NCBI RefSeq assembly: GCF_009914755.1
Contig: NC_060931.1
Reading direction: 5' to 3' (one strand)
Source: the human T2T-CHM13v2.0 reference genome, Homo sapiens
Length of the DNA: 64,000 nucleotides
Part shown: positions 14,231 through 28,885 of the stretch, one piece after another
Position numbering within the stretch: the stretch's first letter is position 1
Layout of the letters: every line of letters begins with the position of its first letter
Position numbers and translations under genes: made by a program
Notes under the pieces: generated by a model
What the model saw: the letters and a program-made list of their open reading frames with translations, nothing else
Told to the model about the DNA's origin: nothing
The model's database searches: none

Positions 14231-14345
14231 CATACGGTGTCTCTGGAGACACAGGAAATGCTGGAGTTGAACACATGGACTCCTTGCTACTTAAAATTCT
14301 GCCATCGATAATATCGAGGTCCTGGGGATAGCCAGGGGTCATCGT
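14231..14345 (-). CDS. TNS3: Tensin-3 coding exon (115 nt): TMTPGYPQDLDIIDGRILSSKESMCSTPAFPVSPETPY(V)
   Basis: Acceptor aatttcag|ACG, donor TATG|gtaaga. Phase 0 in, phase 1 out. Overlaps ORF 14106..14342. Confidence 0.95.
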
Positions 14346-15493
14346 CTGAAATTGGCACAGGGAGTAGAATGTGAGAACAGGGAGTCAAGTGAAGGCCCCT
14401 CCAAACAGTTGTGGTTGTGGCTCCCCCAGGCTGGCCCACTGAGCAAACCCCTCCTCTGACAGTAGGACAAGGAGGCTGAGGTCTGGATCCACTGCACAAA
14501 ACCAGCCCGCCTCTCCTAGCCATGGAAAACTGGAAAACACTTTCACCTTCAACAGTAAAGGAAACGGAAGGTATCTTACGGCCCATCCTTCTAATACAAT
14601 ATACAGCTAATAAGTGAAGTAGACAGAGTTTGTAATGGTACAGGTAAATGAGTATCTCAATATTAAGCGAAAAAGCTGGATAAAACAGTCCTTACCCATG
14701 GTATTAATATATTCACAGATGCATAAAAACACATAGTATTTTAAATACATAGCACAGAAAAAAGGCCGGGTGGAAATATTCTAAATATTAACAGTGGTTT
14801 CCTTTGTGAGTCAAGACTATGAATAGCTTTTTTTTCTTGTGAATTCTGTAGCTTCCAACTTTGCCAACTTGAAAAGAAATCCCACCCAAGTCTAAAATAA
14901 TTAATCGTTCTGGATACACCGACCTGCTTTACATCCATTCTGACTAGAAGCCTTACCTAGGCCTCTTGGAAGAGCAAGAAGCTCTCATCTGTGGCCCTCA
15001 TCTGTGGGTCACCTCCTAGGGAGGTCTCGGAGGGAGGACTGAGGACCCTGTGTGAGTGTGATGACCCTGAAGGAAGGCTGTGTGTGCCACTGGCTGCTGC
15101 TGTCGGGCTATGGAGAATGGCTAAGGCCAGGCCTATAAGAGCCCTACCTCGAACCCACACAACCCACCCACATGCTGTGCTCCTTGTGCCCATTCTACAG
15201 ATTAGAACATAGAGGCTCGAGTGCCCTGAGTGAGGTGGCCTCACCAGCATAGCTATCTCTGGGGTGCATTACCCAGGCCAGCTGACTGCACACTGTGCTC
15301 TCCCAGCCACACCGCTTGCCAGGTACAGAGGAGCCACGACCATATTTGTGAAACCAGGACGGAAGGTGGGTGCGGAGGATAATGTGGGCTGTATTCAGGG
15401 ACAAGGCCTGGTCATTGCCCATTCACTCGGGGTTCCAGGACAAGAAAGGGAGTGGAATGGGCCCAGAAACTGGGACCTGGCTGTGGCACATAC

Positions 15494-15663
15494 CTCTTTG
15501 ACGTCCGCTGGTGAGGGGAATGGCGGCAGGTTTGGGGCATAGTCCACACCAGCCTTTCCCCATGCACATTTGGAGAAGGGCAGCTGCCCCCCAGCATCGT
15601 TGTCGTACTGCCCCAGGCTCAGCTTCCTGAGTCTCCCGCCCAGGGGCTGTTCAGCAGAGGAGC
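15494..15663 (-). CDS. TNS3: Tensin-3 coding exon (170 nt): (G)SSAEQPLGGRLRKLSLGQYDNDAGGQLPFSKCAWGKAGVDYAPNLPPFPSPADVKE
   Basis: Manual translation (this frame is missing from the ORF track). Acceptor tctcccttttaacag|GC, donor GAG|gtatgt. Phase 1 joins the previous exon (G+GC=Gly) and the peptide matches recalled tensin-3. Confidence 0.95.
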
Positions 15664-17879
15664 CTGTTAAAAGGGAGACAAGCAGGCTGCAGGGCGCTTC
15701 CTCAAGGCGGAGTGAGGCGCCCCTTCCTTAAATCTTGCCTGCTGCTTCTCAAAGGTGCTGTATGCTGCATCCTGGTCACCACTGCTCTGGGAAGATGCTG
15801 TGGTTGCTGAAGGCAGCTGATGGGAAACCCAGGGCATTCTCAGACTCTCAGGGATGAACAAGGCCACAGCCTTGGAAATGTGCAGCTTCCCCAGGCCAGC
15901 ATGCTCCTTCCAGAACAGGCCACTTGGAGATAGGACCAAGCACCCAGACTCACTCTCAGTGCTGGGAAAGGACAGTGCCCGGATGGAATGCTGGGTGGGA
16001 CTGACGATGACCCAGCTGGGAAGGAGGCCCCCACATGCCACCCCTGGTGTCCTGTCAGGACCAGAGTGCCCTGAGGACCACACACCTGCGGTGACCTTGG
16101 GCAGAGCATGGCCCGACTATGATAATTTGAGTCTTAGCAATGAGAAATTCTGGAGAGGGAAAAAACCTATTATTTCAAGCATCAACAATAAATATTCACC
16201 ATCCCAATCTTTCCTTGCCAGAAACACCACAGGCGGTTATTCCTGACACAGATCCCTGGGGTCCCCACTCTTGACCAAATTCTGTTCTTTTTGTGTTGGT
16301 GAAAATGGGGGTCGGGCTGGGATCTAATTTTCTAAAACCTCTTCCCAGGGATTCTTATCATTTGGCAGTTAGGAAAAACCTGCTGCCGGCTATTAAAAGA
16401 GGAATGTTTCTATTGATGACATAGTCTGAATATGCAAACCCAACAACACTGTCCCCTACAGTTTAGATTTAAACTATAAATACATAGTCCCTGTAAGTGT
16501 AGAGTGCAGAGTAGCATTTCACTGAAAGATGGAGTTTGATTCATAAACATGAGTGGCCCACATAAGGCTCCTCTTAGAATGACTTTGTTCCAAATTGGTT
16601 GATGGCCACCCTCCAAAATACATCATGATAGTGACATACAGTCGTGCTGAGTCCATGATATGCCACTGACACCTCCTACATCCAGAGACTTCAGAAGCTC
16701 ACAGGAATGCAAAGGTCGGCATGATAAAGAGAAGGTTCCACAGAGAGCGACAAGACATCAACCCACCATGCCTGCCTGAGAGGAGCAGCAGGACCGCTGT
16801 AAGGTTTCTTGTTTCTGTCTGCAGCATGGGGGGGCTCCACTGCCCGACCCTACCAGCTACTAGATGCCATTCAGGTGAGGCTTAAGGAGGCTCCTGGGCT
16901 GAGCCAGGCTGTACACCACCCTCCCTGTCCCATGGGACATCTGCTCAGCACCACACAACAGCGACCAAGCAAGGGAGATCCAAACACAGGTCCTTCCAAG
17001 CAACCTTCCACCTCTTCCTTCCATCCTCTCTTCGGTTCCCAGCAGCTCCCTCCACAGATCCAGGGAAAGAAGGAGGAAGAAGTGTGCGTTAGGACCTGGG
17101 ATTTGGGGTCTCACGTGTATCCCTCACCAGCTGCAGGACATCCTCAGCCCCCATTTCTTTATGGGTAAAATGAGCATAATGCTTGCTCTCTTTTCCCTCC
17201 CACAAGGGGGAGGATTAAATGAAATGAAATGGCATATCTGAGAGTCCTACTCACACAGCAGCCCCTCACTACAGCATCCTCATCCCCATGGTGCAGTGGT
17301 CCTCATCCTCACACTCACCACCCTCCACAGGACGCAAGTGCTGCAGGCCAGGGAGGGGACCACCCTCACTCCAGTGCTCTTCAACACACACATGCATTTG
17401 CAGCCATTCCAAGAATGAGTTTAAAGAGGGCTAGCAGAGGTGTGAGGTCACAAAGTTGGGCTGGCCCCACGCACCACCTGGTACTCAGCTCAGACGTGGA
17501 GTTTGTTCCTGAAGCAGTCAAGGTGGCAGGCGATAGCCCTGGGTGTTAGTGACGGAAAGGAAGTGTCATGGCCACAGACAAGTGACTGAGAGCCTGGTCC
17601 CCTTCCTGGAAAAAGGAGCCATGCAGCTGGCCTCAAGGGAAATCATTCCACCAGGGAGGACCTATCTTTGGAGAGCACCAGGAGCTCCGCTGCCCTGTAC
17701 TGACATTACAGTCCACTCACTGCCTAGAACTTCAGAGGTCACTTCTAGAGAGGTAATTTTCAAAGGGGAGGGAATAGTACTTCTGTTCAACATGCAAGAT
17801 AATATGTGGTGTTTTATCAAAAATGACATGGCAGTATCATTCCAACATGCAGTGTTGCATGAAGAACACAGAAAAAATG

Positions 17880-17998
17880 GCTATGCAAATCACCGATTTG
17901 AGCATTGTACATTGTATACATTTATCAAAATATCACACTGTGCCCCATAAATATGTACAATTATTATGTCTCAACTAAAAATAGTAATAATAATAAAA
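17880..17998 (+). mobile_element. L1 3' terminal fragment (L1MA-type)
   Basis: tatcaaaatatcacactgtgccccataaatatgtacaattattatgt plus an A-rich tail, typical of L1M 3' ends. Confidence 0.7.
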
Positions 17999-18496
17999 CT
18001 GTGGACAGTGTGGTCAAGTGTTCTCTTTGATCTGGAGAAGGAGGATGGGAAGTGCATGTTAACGCACTCTGATCTCAGGCCTGAGGTTGGAAACTCACTG
18101 GCTTCAGAAACTGAGGTCCCATTAGGGTTAGCTGACAACAGCCAGCACAGCCTTGCAGCTGCACTCGAAGGCACAACCAGGTCGTAACAGGGTCCGAAAA
18201 GGAATTTCCAGGACTAAAACATAAGTCTCAATGCAGGACGCTTAGACTTCTTCTAACCTTTCAACTTGGAAGTTTCCTTCAACATGTCTCCTTTAGAGCA
18301 GCTAGGGAATACAATCTGTGCATGAGCTGACACAGAGCCAACAGTGGGCTCCGTTCTGGGCCTCCCACACCAGAGGAGGCTCTGAAACACAGGCATTCTG
18401 TGAGCTGGCCCCAGAAATGTTCCTGTTGAACACATGGATTTGAAACTGTTCCTCAATTCTCTCTCTCCCCAAAGAATTACAACGAAAAACAATGTT

Positions 18497-18592
18497 CTTC
18501 ATTCAAAAAGAGTCTCAAAAAAAAATCAATCTTCATTTAAAAAAAGTCTCAAAAAAAATCAATCTTCATTTAAAAAAAGTCTCAAAAAAAAT
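18497..18592. repeat. ~33-bp tandem repeat, ~3 copies
   Basis: Unit cttcatttaaaaaaagtctcaaaaaaaatcaat. Confidence 0.85.
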
Positions 18593-21169
18593 GTTCTTAC
18601 TGTCCCACCTCCGGTGCTTGTGCTCAAATCTGTGTGGCACCATGTCTGGTTAAGCAGAACTACATGCCTCTCCCTCTGGATGGATCAATACTTCTCAGTA
18701 TCCTGCCACTGGGACCACCAGGAGTAAGATGGTTTCCACAATGGAGGGAACTCAGCGACGGAGAGCAGCTGTGGGTCTGAGGCCAGAAAGAGGCTCTGCA
18801 AGCGCAGGAAGAATGGGGGAGTCAAGGCACCTGCAAAAGCAGGGCCACCGGGCCCTGGATTCCAGGATGTGGCCTGTACAGAAAGTGTGGCTTCAGCCCT
18901 GCAGGGTCCTGCTTTCCATTCCCAAAAGGGAAAAGACACAGGCACACAAGGTCAGCAAGGCTCAGGCCTCTGTGGGGTGTGGAGATCCCTTCCTCTCGGA
19001 CTGCAAACCTTGGAAATGAGAAGTTTGAAACGCCAGGAAAAAACAGGACAAAATGAGACAGGGTTTAAGATACTGCAAAACCACTACGTGCTAGGATGCA
19101 CCCACATCTGCCCAGGAGGTAGTTACAAAAGAAAGAAAAACAGGAGACCAACGTTTATCCAGCAACAGTGACAGTCTAAGCCTGGGCAGGTGCTCTCATA
19201 GAGAAAAGCCCATTATCACTCCATTAAGGCGGCCTGCTACGTCTTTTTTGCAGACAAGGAGAATGGAGGCTCAGGTCTGAGTACTCATCCTACACCACAC
19301 AGCATGTCAGCAGAGAGCAATGATTTGTCACCACATGTATCTGACTTTAAAATCCACAACTGCCAACTCTATTCCTCTGTGGTCACTCTTCCTTACCCAC
19401 TGGTGCCTTTCCTTCCCTTCCATCCCTTCCCACCCCAAAAAGCCTACACGGGGCAGACAGGGGCCCCATGAGCCCTGGGAGGCACTGCCCACTTCCACTG
19501 CCTGTGGTGACAGAGGGGCCCCTGGGAACAAGATGGCTACCCTCATCCTGCTGAGGAAGGGGCACTCTTCCTCCCGGACATGTCCTGATGGGGCAGCCAG
19601 CAAAGGCTTCACAAATTCTTCTGTCTCTCGTGTGAATTTCAGATTTAACAATGGTTTATTCTTCCCAGTCTTAGGAAATCTGCCAAGTGTCTAAGTAAAT
19701 ACATGGGGTCCAGCAGAGAACCTGGTGGGGGTGCATTTCCAAAGGGTCTGAGTGCACAGCAGTCTAGAGAAAAGGAAGGAGGGACAGTTTTCAAGTTCTT
19801 CCCATCTGAGAGTCCTTGGCTACGGGGAAGGTCAGAGAAGAAGAGAGAGGGCAGCTTGCTCAAGGCGTTGCTACCGGGCTGGCGGGAGCTGCTGTTGAAC
19901 CCATGTCCTGTCACCAGCAGTAGATGCTCACTCAGAGGCCAGCCCAGGGGCCACTTGGCAGGGGTGGACTCTGCCTCTCTGCTCACAGGGGACGAGTCCT
20001 CAAAGCCATCTCCAGAATGAAATAAGAACAACACAAAGCTGGCTTAGGGGATCCTACAGATAATGCAGCAAAGGCTGGGGCTTGGCACACAGTTGCAGGC
20101 AGGCAGTGTTATAATGGGCCACACTCAAAATGGGCTGTTCATGTTGTCATTAAAAGTCAAGTTTATGGAACTTGAAGTGGACAAACACGCTCCAACATTA
20201 AGTGACAAAAGACAGTGGGCAAAGATGCATGTGTAGTGTGGTTTCATTTTTATTTTAAAAACTAAGAAAATGTCCTAAAATGCTCATAAGAGCTTCTCTC
20301 TGGGTTGTGTAATTCTAGGCACCATTCATATTTTTTCGGAAATGTTTCTATCTTTCAGGGTTTTCGCCAGTAATATGTATTACTTTTTAAAATTAGGGAA
20401 ACAACACACAGATTACCTTCGAGAGGAACAAAGCTTCTTTTATTTTGTAGTACTCTGTGCTGCTGTACTGAATTTCCCTAAATCCCGTTCTAATTTTGCA
20501 TTAGTATTAGTTCCTGTATTCTCCCAAACTCACGTGTTTGATCCTTACACTTTTCCTTCTCTCTGATAAATCTCCCATGTCTGATAGCCATATGAAAATT
20601 AATGTGGGAGGTAGTTTTCTGGACCAATATGCTCAGAGGAGATGTGGAAGTGACATTCTCATTTATAGCGAGCAGGGCTTATGCTTCCCAGAGGTTACAA
20701 TGCAAGGCGTCCTGCAGCAGGGGTCTCTCTCTCCCTTCTTTAATTATTCAACAGAGGGGATCTCGGTGCTCCTTTAATTGTTCAACAGAGACCCAAGGCA
20801 GGCCCACTAGCTGTCTTCTTCAGGCAAGACAACTTGAACGTGAGACTCCACGCTAGGTCCAAGGTAGATGCCCAGGAAGCCCAGTAGTGGAACAGAATCC
20901 AGTCAAGGCTCCGGTGCCACATCCAAGCCCAGGACGTTCCACCAGGCGCTGCCTCCCTTTAACCCGTGCACAACGTCTAGGGCAGAGATGGCAATGGAAG
21001 CCAGGCCACGGCACCTATGTCTGCTGTGTGCAAGAAAGAACCAAGGAAGGCCCTAGGGCACGGGTGCAACAGCGAGCAGGAACTAAGCTCAGAGTGGGGT
21101 TACAAAACGGGCTCCTGTCCGTGAAGAATGGACCACGCTAGGAGTGCTCCCTGGAGACTGGAGCTGCCC

Positions 21170-21720
21170 CTCCCACACACCCCGCACCTCTCTCACAGGA
21201 ACACACCCACATACTCACATGCACACAGTCAAACTCTCATGTGCTCCCAGTCTCCGGCACTTTTTCACACCCACACACTTGCAGACACATGTATGAACAC
21301 TCACTCTCACGTGGTCTCTTACACACATTTTCTCATAACACTCATGCAGACTCAGCCACTCATGCATTTGCACACACACTCTTACACCCACGTCACACAC
21401 ACCTGCATACTTCACACTCTTATAGTCTCTCACACACTCTTACACTCACACACCCTTGCACTAACACTCTCACCCACATTCACACAACAGTCACAAGCAG
21501 ACACACACACTCATGCTCTCACACTTTCTCATATACTTACACTATACTCACTGGCACTCACACACGTGCAGTCTCTCACAGTGTTTTTCATGATACACAC
21601 ATTGTCACACTCACATTCAGTCTCAGTCTTGTACACTCACAGACAGCCTCACACAGTCTCACACTCATTCTCACACTCACACTCACGCACAGTCTCACAC
21701 GCTCACTCACACCCACCCTG
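21170..21720. repeat. Degenerate CA-rich low-complexity tract
   Basis: cacac/ctcac-rich; generates His/Thr-rich spurious ORFs. Confidence 0.85.
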
Positions 21721-23298
21721 TGCTCCAACACGGCCCCACAGCTGCATGTGCTGCTCACAAACGGATGGTCCGTGATGGTGGAGGGTCAGGTTCTGCATTC
21801 TGAATACTGGCCCCACCTCATCACCCTGTATCTGCAAACCTCACACCTGTGTCAAACAAGCCCTTCTCCCCACCTGGGAGCTGCCTGTCAGGAAGCCAGG
21901 GCGCTGGCTGTTCCTGGAGGTCCGTCCTTTCCATCCTGGCCCCTTCTCCAGGACGAGGCCACCCATCAGCATCTCCACTGTAGAGGGGTTGGTTCCTGGC
22001 TCCCTTCCAGGGGCAGATGCAGCCAAAGGCACCCTCTTCTCACTGAGAGCTGCCCCTCCACTCAAGGCCCCCAGATCCTCATCCCATCTACTGCTCTGAC
22101 TAGCCCAGCCCCTGGGTCCACAGGTGACTCCATGGCAGTGGTGACTTGCGCTGGGTCTCGAGTGTGCACACAGAGCCCACAGCCCATGTGCTACACCAAA
22201 GTTACACCAGGGACTTCCAGAACCACTCTTTTCATGTGGCTACAGGTGGGGCAGAGGTGGGAGAAGCAAAGCACTTTTGCTTCACACTCTGATGTCTGGG
22301 TGACCTATGAGAGGCCACAGCTTGGGGACATTTCCTCAGGCGGTTCATTTGCTAGCTCTGGTACGCTGCCTACCAGGATCAATGCTCACCTCTCCAGAGA
22401 AGGTCTGCATAAACAGCAAGCTCCGTACCTCTGCACTGCCAGCTCAGAGAGCTCTTGGATTGCTTTCTGAGGACAGAGGCAGTAGCAGCCAGCTGTCCCA
22501 GGTGGGGACAAGGATCAGGTCTTATTCAGCTCCAAAGTCTGTCCAAGCTGAGACACCCTGCGGGTTCAGTACTTCTTTGCTAAGTCGGTGAGCTCTGAAG
22601 GGGTGAAGAGGTGAGGGGTGAACAGGTGAGCCCAGGCCACAGGTTAGGAGCCCTGGCGCTGAGGCACTGACTTCTGAATTAAACCCAAAGGAGGCCCTAG
22701 CACTTGGTAAAACACTCTCTCTCTACCCCAAATCTCTCTTCCAAAGTGACTGATTTATGGTTTTCTTTAGTATGATGTTCTATCATTGCAGAAGATTAGA
22801 AAAACACATAGAAACATATGGAAGCAAACCAAGCTCCCTGGAACCTGTGAAGAGCCACATATCTCAATGAAGACACACATGACTTTTACATTTCTTTTTC
22901 CTCACTGAGGCTTAATTCCTGAGCACTCCCCGAGGGAATCATTTAATTGTTTGAGTCCATCAATTACTTCTTACACACTTCACATCAATGTGAAATGACC
23001 AGCACCTGAAGCAGTCTCTTCCTGTCCCCTAGCCTCCCTCCTACCACAGCCCAGCACCCCTCCTCCTCCACCCTCCTCAGCTGCCCTGGTCTTGCTTGGG
23101 ACCACAAGGGGCCTCACCCTACAACCATCCTATCCTTGAGCTTCTGGTAAAACTGCAGGGGCCAGCAGTGTAGCCTCAGGTCTCACTCCGCAACCTGCAG
23201 CCCTCCCACTCACACCTGCAGAAAGGGGAGGTATGGCCTTCACCAAGAATATTACATTATATGCATCAAAAGGAAACAAACAAACAAACACAGAGGAC

Positions 23299-23301
<3 letters not shown>

Positions 23302-23338
<37 letters not shown>
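23302..23338. repeat. (CA)n microsatellite
   Basis: Direct inspection. Confidence 0.95.
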
Positions 23339-23340
<2 letters not shown>

Positions 23341-25512
23341 TTCCAAGGTACGACAAAGAACTGGCCGTAATGCAATGAGATTGGGCAGTTTGAACAATGA
23401 AATCATGAATTGAATAATTATATTGTTAAGGCCTATTCTCCAAACACTACTACAAAACTGTCCATGCCTATATATTTTTCTGTTCAGTTAAGAAGTCAAA
23501 TCCAGGAAAAGAGAAGAAAAAGGAGACCTCATGGGAGCAGGAGAGAGCTGCCACCACACAGATGGCTGTCACCTCTGGAAGGAGCTGATAAGGGGACAAG
23601 AGGGAATTTGCCAGCACTGGAGAGCACCTGCAGGGCTCTGGGCGATCCGCCCTCCCACCCCCAGCTCCCCAACGTACCCCTTCTCAGAAAAACCAAGGAG
23701 AAAGGGAACAAAACCCAAGCTCCCACACAGGGATGTTCACGGGCAAAGGGCAGCTCCCAAAGCCCTGGGGTGGGGCAGGGGGGCACCTGCATCTGCCTGC
23801 ACCCATGGCACACACACCCTGATCTCTCACACCTGTGCCCACCCTGCTCCCAGCCTGAGGCCCAGGTGCTGGGGAAGAGCTGCCCTTACTTCCCTGCCAG
23901 TTCCCAGCCAGGAAAAAAAAAAAAAAATCCTGCATCCTCTCCTTACAAAGGTCATGAGTACTCAGTGCAGAAATCTCAGGCCCCTTGAAACCCCCAGTGA
24001 ACACAGACCCCGGTGATCTGCAGGTGATGTGCAGCTTCACCCACTCCATGCAGCTGGGGTCTCTGTGGAGGGAGGGACAGGCAGTGGCTTTTTCTTTACA
24101 CAGTCTTGTGCCCCTCTTGTCGCGGTGACACGCTCATTGTCCACCAAAACATGACATGGTAACATGGTCTCCAAAGGTCACATGACTGGACGCTGCCCAT
24201 CTCTTTGGGCAGTCCCCACACCAGGCATTTAGCTGTCTTCGCCCAAGCCTCCTTCCCTCCAGACACTGGGTGCTACCCACCCAGAGCCTCGGGAACCACG
24301 TGACCTTGAGTATAAAATGGGACACATGCCCCAAAGTCCCCTACACTGCCACTCCCAAAGACCAGCATGTTTCCTCATTTAGCAGTCTCACTGTTATTCA
24401 CGGGTGGAGCCGGCGTCAAGGACAGATAAGGAAACGTGCTGAGGGCTGCCCAGCCAGCAAGTTGCGCAGGGTCACCTGAGACTCCGCCACGCCCAGCGGG
24501 ATCTGGGATTCACCACAGGGTGCAAAAGGACACCGAGCCTGCGAGGCAGGAGGACGCTCAGTCATTCCGGCCCCACAGGAGGAGCTGGGGATGGTGGGGC
24601 CTCAGCCCCAGGTGCATCCTATGACGTACCTTATCCAAAGCCACCACAACAGGGTGGGGGACGGTCCTGACAGGGAATCCTCACGTGCTCTGAGGAAAGA
24701 GCAGGAAAGCCAGTCCTTGACTGGGGGCACCCAGGGGCCTCGTGAGAAGGGGATGCATCGCCGTCAGAGCCCTGGAGAATCAGGGATTCAGGCCAAGACA
24801 CTGGGTGCTGTACTAAACACATGTGGGACTGAACTCAGCCCAGCCTGGGGGTCAGCACTGTTGCCATCAATTCACCCCTGAGCAGTCTGAAGTGCAGGAG
24901 AGGGCTTCTCAGATCGCTTAGCCAGAAAATGTTTTTTAAATTTTGTTTAAAACACCCACAAAGCTCTTCGGCAACTTTCCACCTTGTCCAAATACACTGA
25001 ACTCCCAATTATGTAAACTAATTGAGAGTGTAAAATAACACATCCTGATAGGTAAGTCAGTACTTATGTTGACCCTGAGCTGTGATTCTGTGATTCAGAC
25101 TGCTCTTGGAGACTGATCTTTGCCAGCGCACGGCCTGGCAGATCCCAGGCCCTGAGGCTCTGCTGGGAAGTGGGATGAGGGAGGGGAAGGAAGATGGGTC
25201 AAGTGTTCAGGAGCGGACACCCACCATGCTGCCCACTCACACACTTCATGTCACTGCATTCTCTCCACTGTGGGGTCACATAGCCCACTCTGCCCTGGTG
25301 AAATAAAGCCAGCACCCAGGTGGAAGGCAGCCCATGGGGTCGCCTGCCTCTGCCTCTGATAACCAATACGTGACTGTTGGCTGTCCTCTAAATTCCACAG
25401 CAGGGTCACAAATCTTAGAACCACCCTGCGGCACGTTCCAGCCTCAATGAGCCAAGGGCCAGCTCTCCTGGAGGCTGGGACACGCACCTAAGTTGAGAAC
25501 TGCAAATATACA

Positions 25513-25870
25513 ACAGTGGTTCTCAAAGGCCATTGTCCACCTTTTATCACTAAAATCCTAAAGCTCGGGCCTCACCTGTGAAGTCAGAACCTCCAGCGGT
25601 GAGACCTAGGTGTCAGTATTTTTAAAAACTCCCTAGTGTTTCCAACACACAACCAAGCTCAAGAATCACAGCAGGTCTCAACCCTGAATTAGCACTGCAT
25701 TATTTGGGGAGCATTTTTAAAGCAAGTCTGACATCCAGGCCCCACCAGGGCCAACTTAATCTGCCACCCTCTGGAGGTAGAAGCAGGTACCCACATTTTT
25801 AGCGTCTGCATTTTTAAAGCTCCCCAGGTGACTCCAACATGCAAGACAAAGTGTCCAACCTCTGTTCTAA
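25513..25870. mobile_element. MER5-like hAT DNA transposon fragments
   Basis: cagtggttctcaaa terminus and tttttaaagctccccaggtgactcc motifs typical of MER5A/B. Confidence 0.6.
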
Positions 25871-26077
25871 AAGAGACGGAATCCGCTCCCTGAGCAAATC
25901 TTCAGGATGCAATATTGACTAAGACAGTAGACCTTAGGTGCTCTTACACAAAAGTAACTAGGTAAAGTGGTGGATATGTCCATTGGTTTGACTGTAGTGA
26001 TCCTCTCCCTATGTATAGATATAACAAACAAAATATCATGTTAAACACCTTAAATAAATACGATGATAAATAAGTTA

Positions 26078-26425
<348 letters not shown>

Positions 26426-27452
26426 TAAGAACAGGTGAAAACTCATGACATGCTAGAACATTACCTATTTTAAAACATGCCTTCTTTCATTTTCTATCTG
26501 GGCACTAGAAGGTAAAGTCCCCATAAGCTACTGATTTATCTTGATGTGATCTTCTAGGAATAAAGCGCGACATCACACAGGTGTGCCTGATAGGTTCTGG
26601 AAGCTCCCTTGCATTCCTAGGAGTGAAAACAAATAACAGGCAAAGACTGCTTCACGGTGAGCTTGAGGCCTCCAGACTTCAGCTCATTCACACACACACA
26701 CTAATCTTTTCGAGACAGTGTGTAAAAGGAGGCAGGGTGGCATGACAAGGATGCCCCAACACTCCTCCCAGCTGAAATGCTCCCAGAAATGGTTTTAGGA
26801 GTCTTCTCCCAAAACTGAAACAGGACTGATTGACCAGCCCCTTCCACGTGGAGGGCATAGCCTTAAAGAGCCGCACAACTTGCAGTTTTTTACAGCGTAA
26901 TGTGTTAGGAAATCATTAGCCAGGGTTCTGACGGACATATCAAGACCAACCCAGGGAAGAGCCTTCCCCTCCCAGGCCCACCCTCCCTCAGTCGTGCTGT
27001 CTTCATGTCTAACCCTGATTCTAAGAGAACGGGTAGGCGCCGGCAAAACTGCAACAGAAGGCGGAAGGGGGGAATCCCATTTTTTAGATTGCAAAATTGA
27101 AAATTCTTTCCACTGGGAAACACTGAAGTCCATGGCTAGGTGGTGGCATTTCTTCTAAAAAGGCATATTTAAAAGGGAAATGATACGTCCACACAACGAA
27201 GCCCTCCAACATGAGAAATGCCAGCAATACCCCATGTTTTGTAAGTCAACTGTAACCTTACGTGCAGATGTGAAAAGCTGCAAACCACAGAAGGGGGACC
27301 CCCGCCTGCCTCACACACTGCCCCGCCCCAAATACCTCATCAATGGGGCTTCTGTACAGGCTTCAATGCCTGCCTGTTCACATGCATTGGTTTTCTTTTT
27401 GGATCACCCCCCATCACGTGACCTTACTGGCCTCTTCCACTAACACTTCATC

Positions 27453-27742
27453 TTTTTTTTTTTGACGGAGTCTCACTCTGTTGCCTAGGCTGGAGTGAAA
27501 TGGTATGATCTTGGCTCACTGAAACCTCTGTCTCCCCAGTTCCAGTGATTCTCCTGCCTCAGCCTCCCGAGTAGCTGGGACTACAGGCACGTGCCACCAT
27601 GCCCGGCTAATTTTTGTATTTTTTAGTAGAGATGAGGTTTCATCATATTGGCCAGGCTAGTCTTGAACTCCTGACCTCGTGATCCACCCACCGTGGCCTC
27701 TCAAAGTGTTGGGATTACAGGCATGAGCCACCGCGCCTGGCC
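27453..27742 (-). mobile_element. Alu SINE (AluS-like)
   Basis: Poly-T plus reverse-complement Alu. Degenerate TSD aacacttc/aacatttc. Confidence 0.93.
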
Positions 27743-28299
27743 AACATTTCCTCTTTTAATCACTGTGGCGTTTATTATCCCATGCCTCAGTACGGATACA
27801 AAAGCTGTCCACCTTCAGGGCCACATGGGCTGCGCTGAACATAAGTGTGGCCACAGGTCCACCAGGCTGATGAACTGTGGGGAGCGACGCAGCCGGTGAC
27901 TTCTGGCAGAAGCCGTGGGAGCCGGCAGTGCTCTCGGGAGTGTCGGCAGCCTTGGGTGCACAGAGAGGGCTCGCCCCTCATCCCAGGTCCTGGCATGAGG
28001 CCCATGTCAAGCCACAATGCAGTGGACATGTGGCATGATTGGAAAAAGACCATGTTGCTTTATGTCCCTGAGACTGTGGATTTGTCGTAACTGCTCCACC
28101 CTGACAGAGGGAGAGAATTCTACCACCACCTACCTAGGATTCCATAAATTAGCAGTTCCCCTGAGCCAGCACTCAGGCCGTTAGGGTCACACAGATCAGC
28201 CCACTCCCAGTGCAGCTTAGGCAGAGCTTCTGGGGACAAATGAAACACCCCAGAGACCTGGTGATACCAAATGACTTTCAAGCATCAGTGGGGAAGTTC

Positions 28300-28885
28300 C
28301 CCAGCAAGTTACAGAGGTGCCACAGGACCTAGCAACCCCTCTCCTGGGTAACGCCCCAAACAACTGAAAGCAGGTGTTCAGACAAACACAGGCACACCCA
28401 TGATCACAGCATCACCATTCACCGAGGCCAAAGGTGGGAACAACCCAAGTCTCCATCGAGAGAGGAATGAATAAACAAACTGTGCTCTATCCCAGCTGTG
28501 GAATATTACTCTGCCAGGAGCAGTACTGAAGTTCCCACATGGGCTGTAACACGTCCGGCTCGAAAACATCACACACCACGTCACAGGAGCCAGCCACAAA
28601 AAGCACATACTTTGTGATGCCATTTATGTAAAATGTCCACAGTAGGCACATCCCCAGGGACAGGAGGGGATGAGTGAGTGCCAGGGGTTTGGCAGGGAGG
28701 TGTGGACAGGAAGTGACTTCAGGGGGTATAAGGTTTCCCTTTGGGATGACGACAAATTTCTGAAACTAGATAGTCATGATGGTTGCACAGCAATGCAAAT
28801 GTCCTTACTACCACTGAACAGTACACTTAAAAATGATTAAAATGCTAAATTTTATGTTACATGTATTTCACCACAATAAAAAATT
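28300..28885 (+). mobile_element. Old L1 (L1MC/ME-type) ORF2 end and 3'UTR
   Basis: caacccaagtctccatc..gaatgaataaacaaactgtg and aaatgattaaaatgctaaattttatgttacatgtatttcaccacaataaaa, typical of L1M 3' ends. Confidence 0.75.

Noticed and set aside
21128-22470. Long plus-strand ORFs (215 and 409 aa)
   Set aside because: They run through a CA-rich low-complexity tract that lacks stops by composition, have no domain similarity and are antisense to TNS3.
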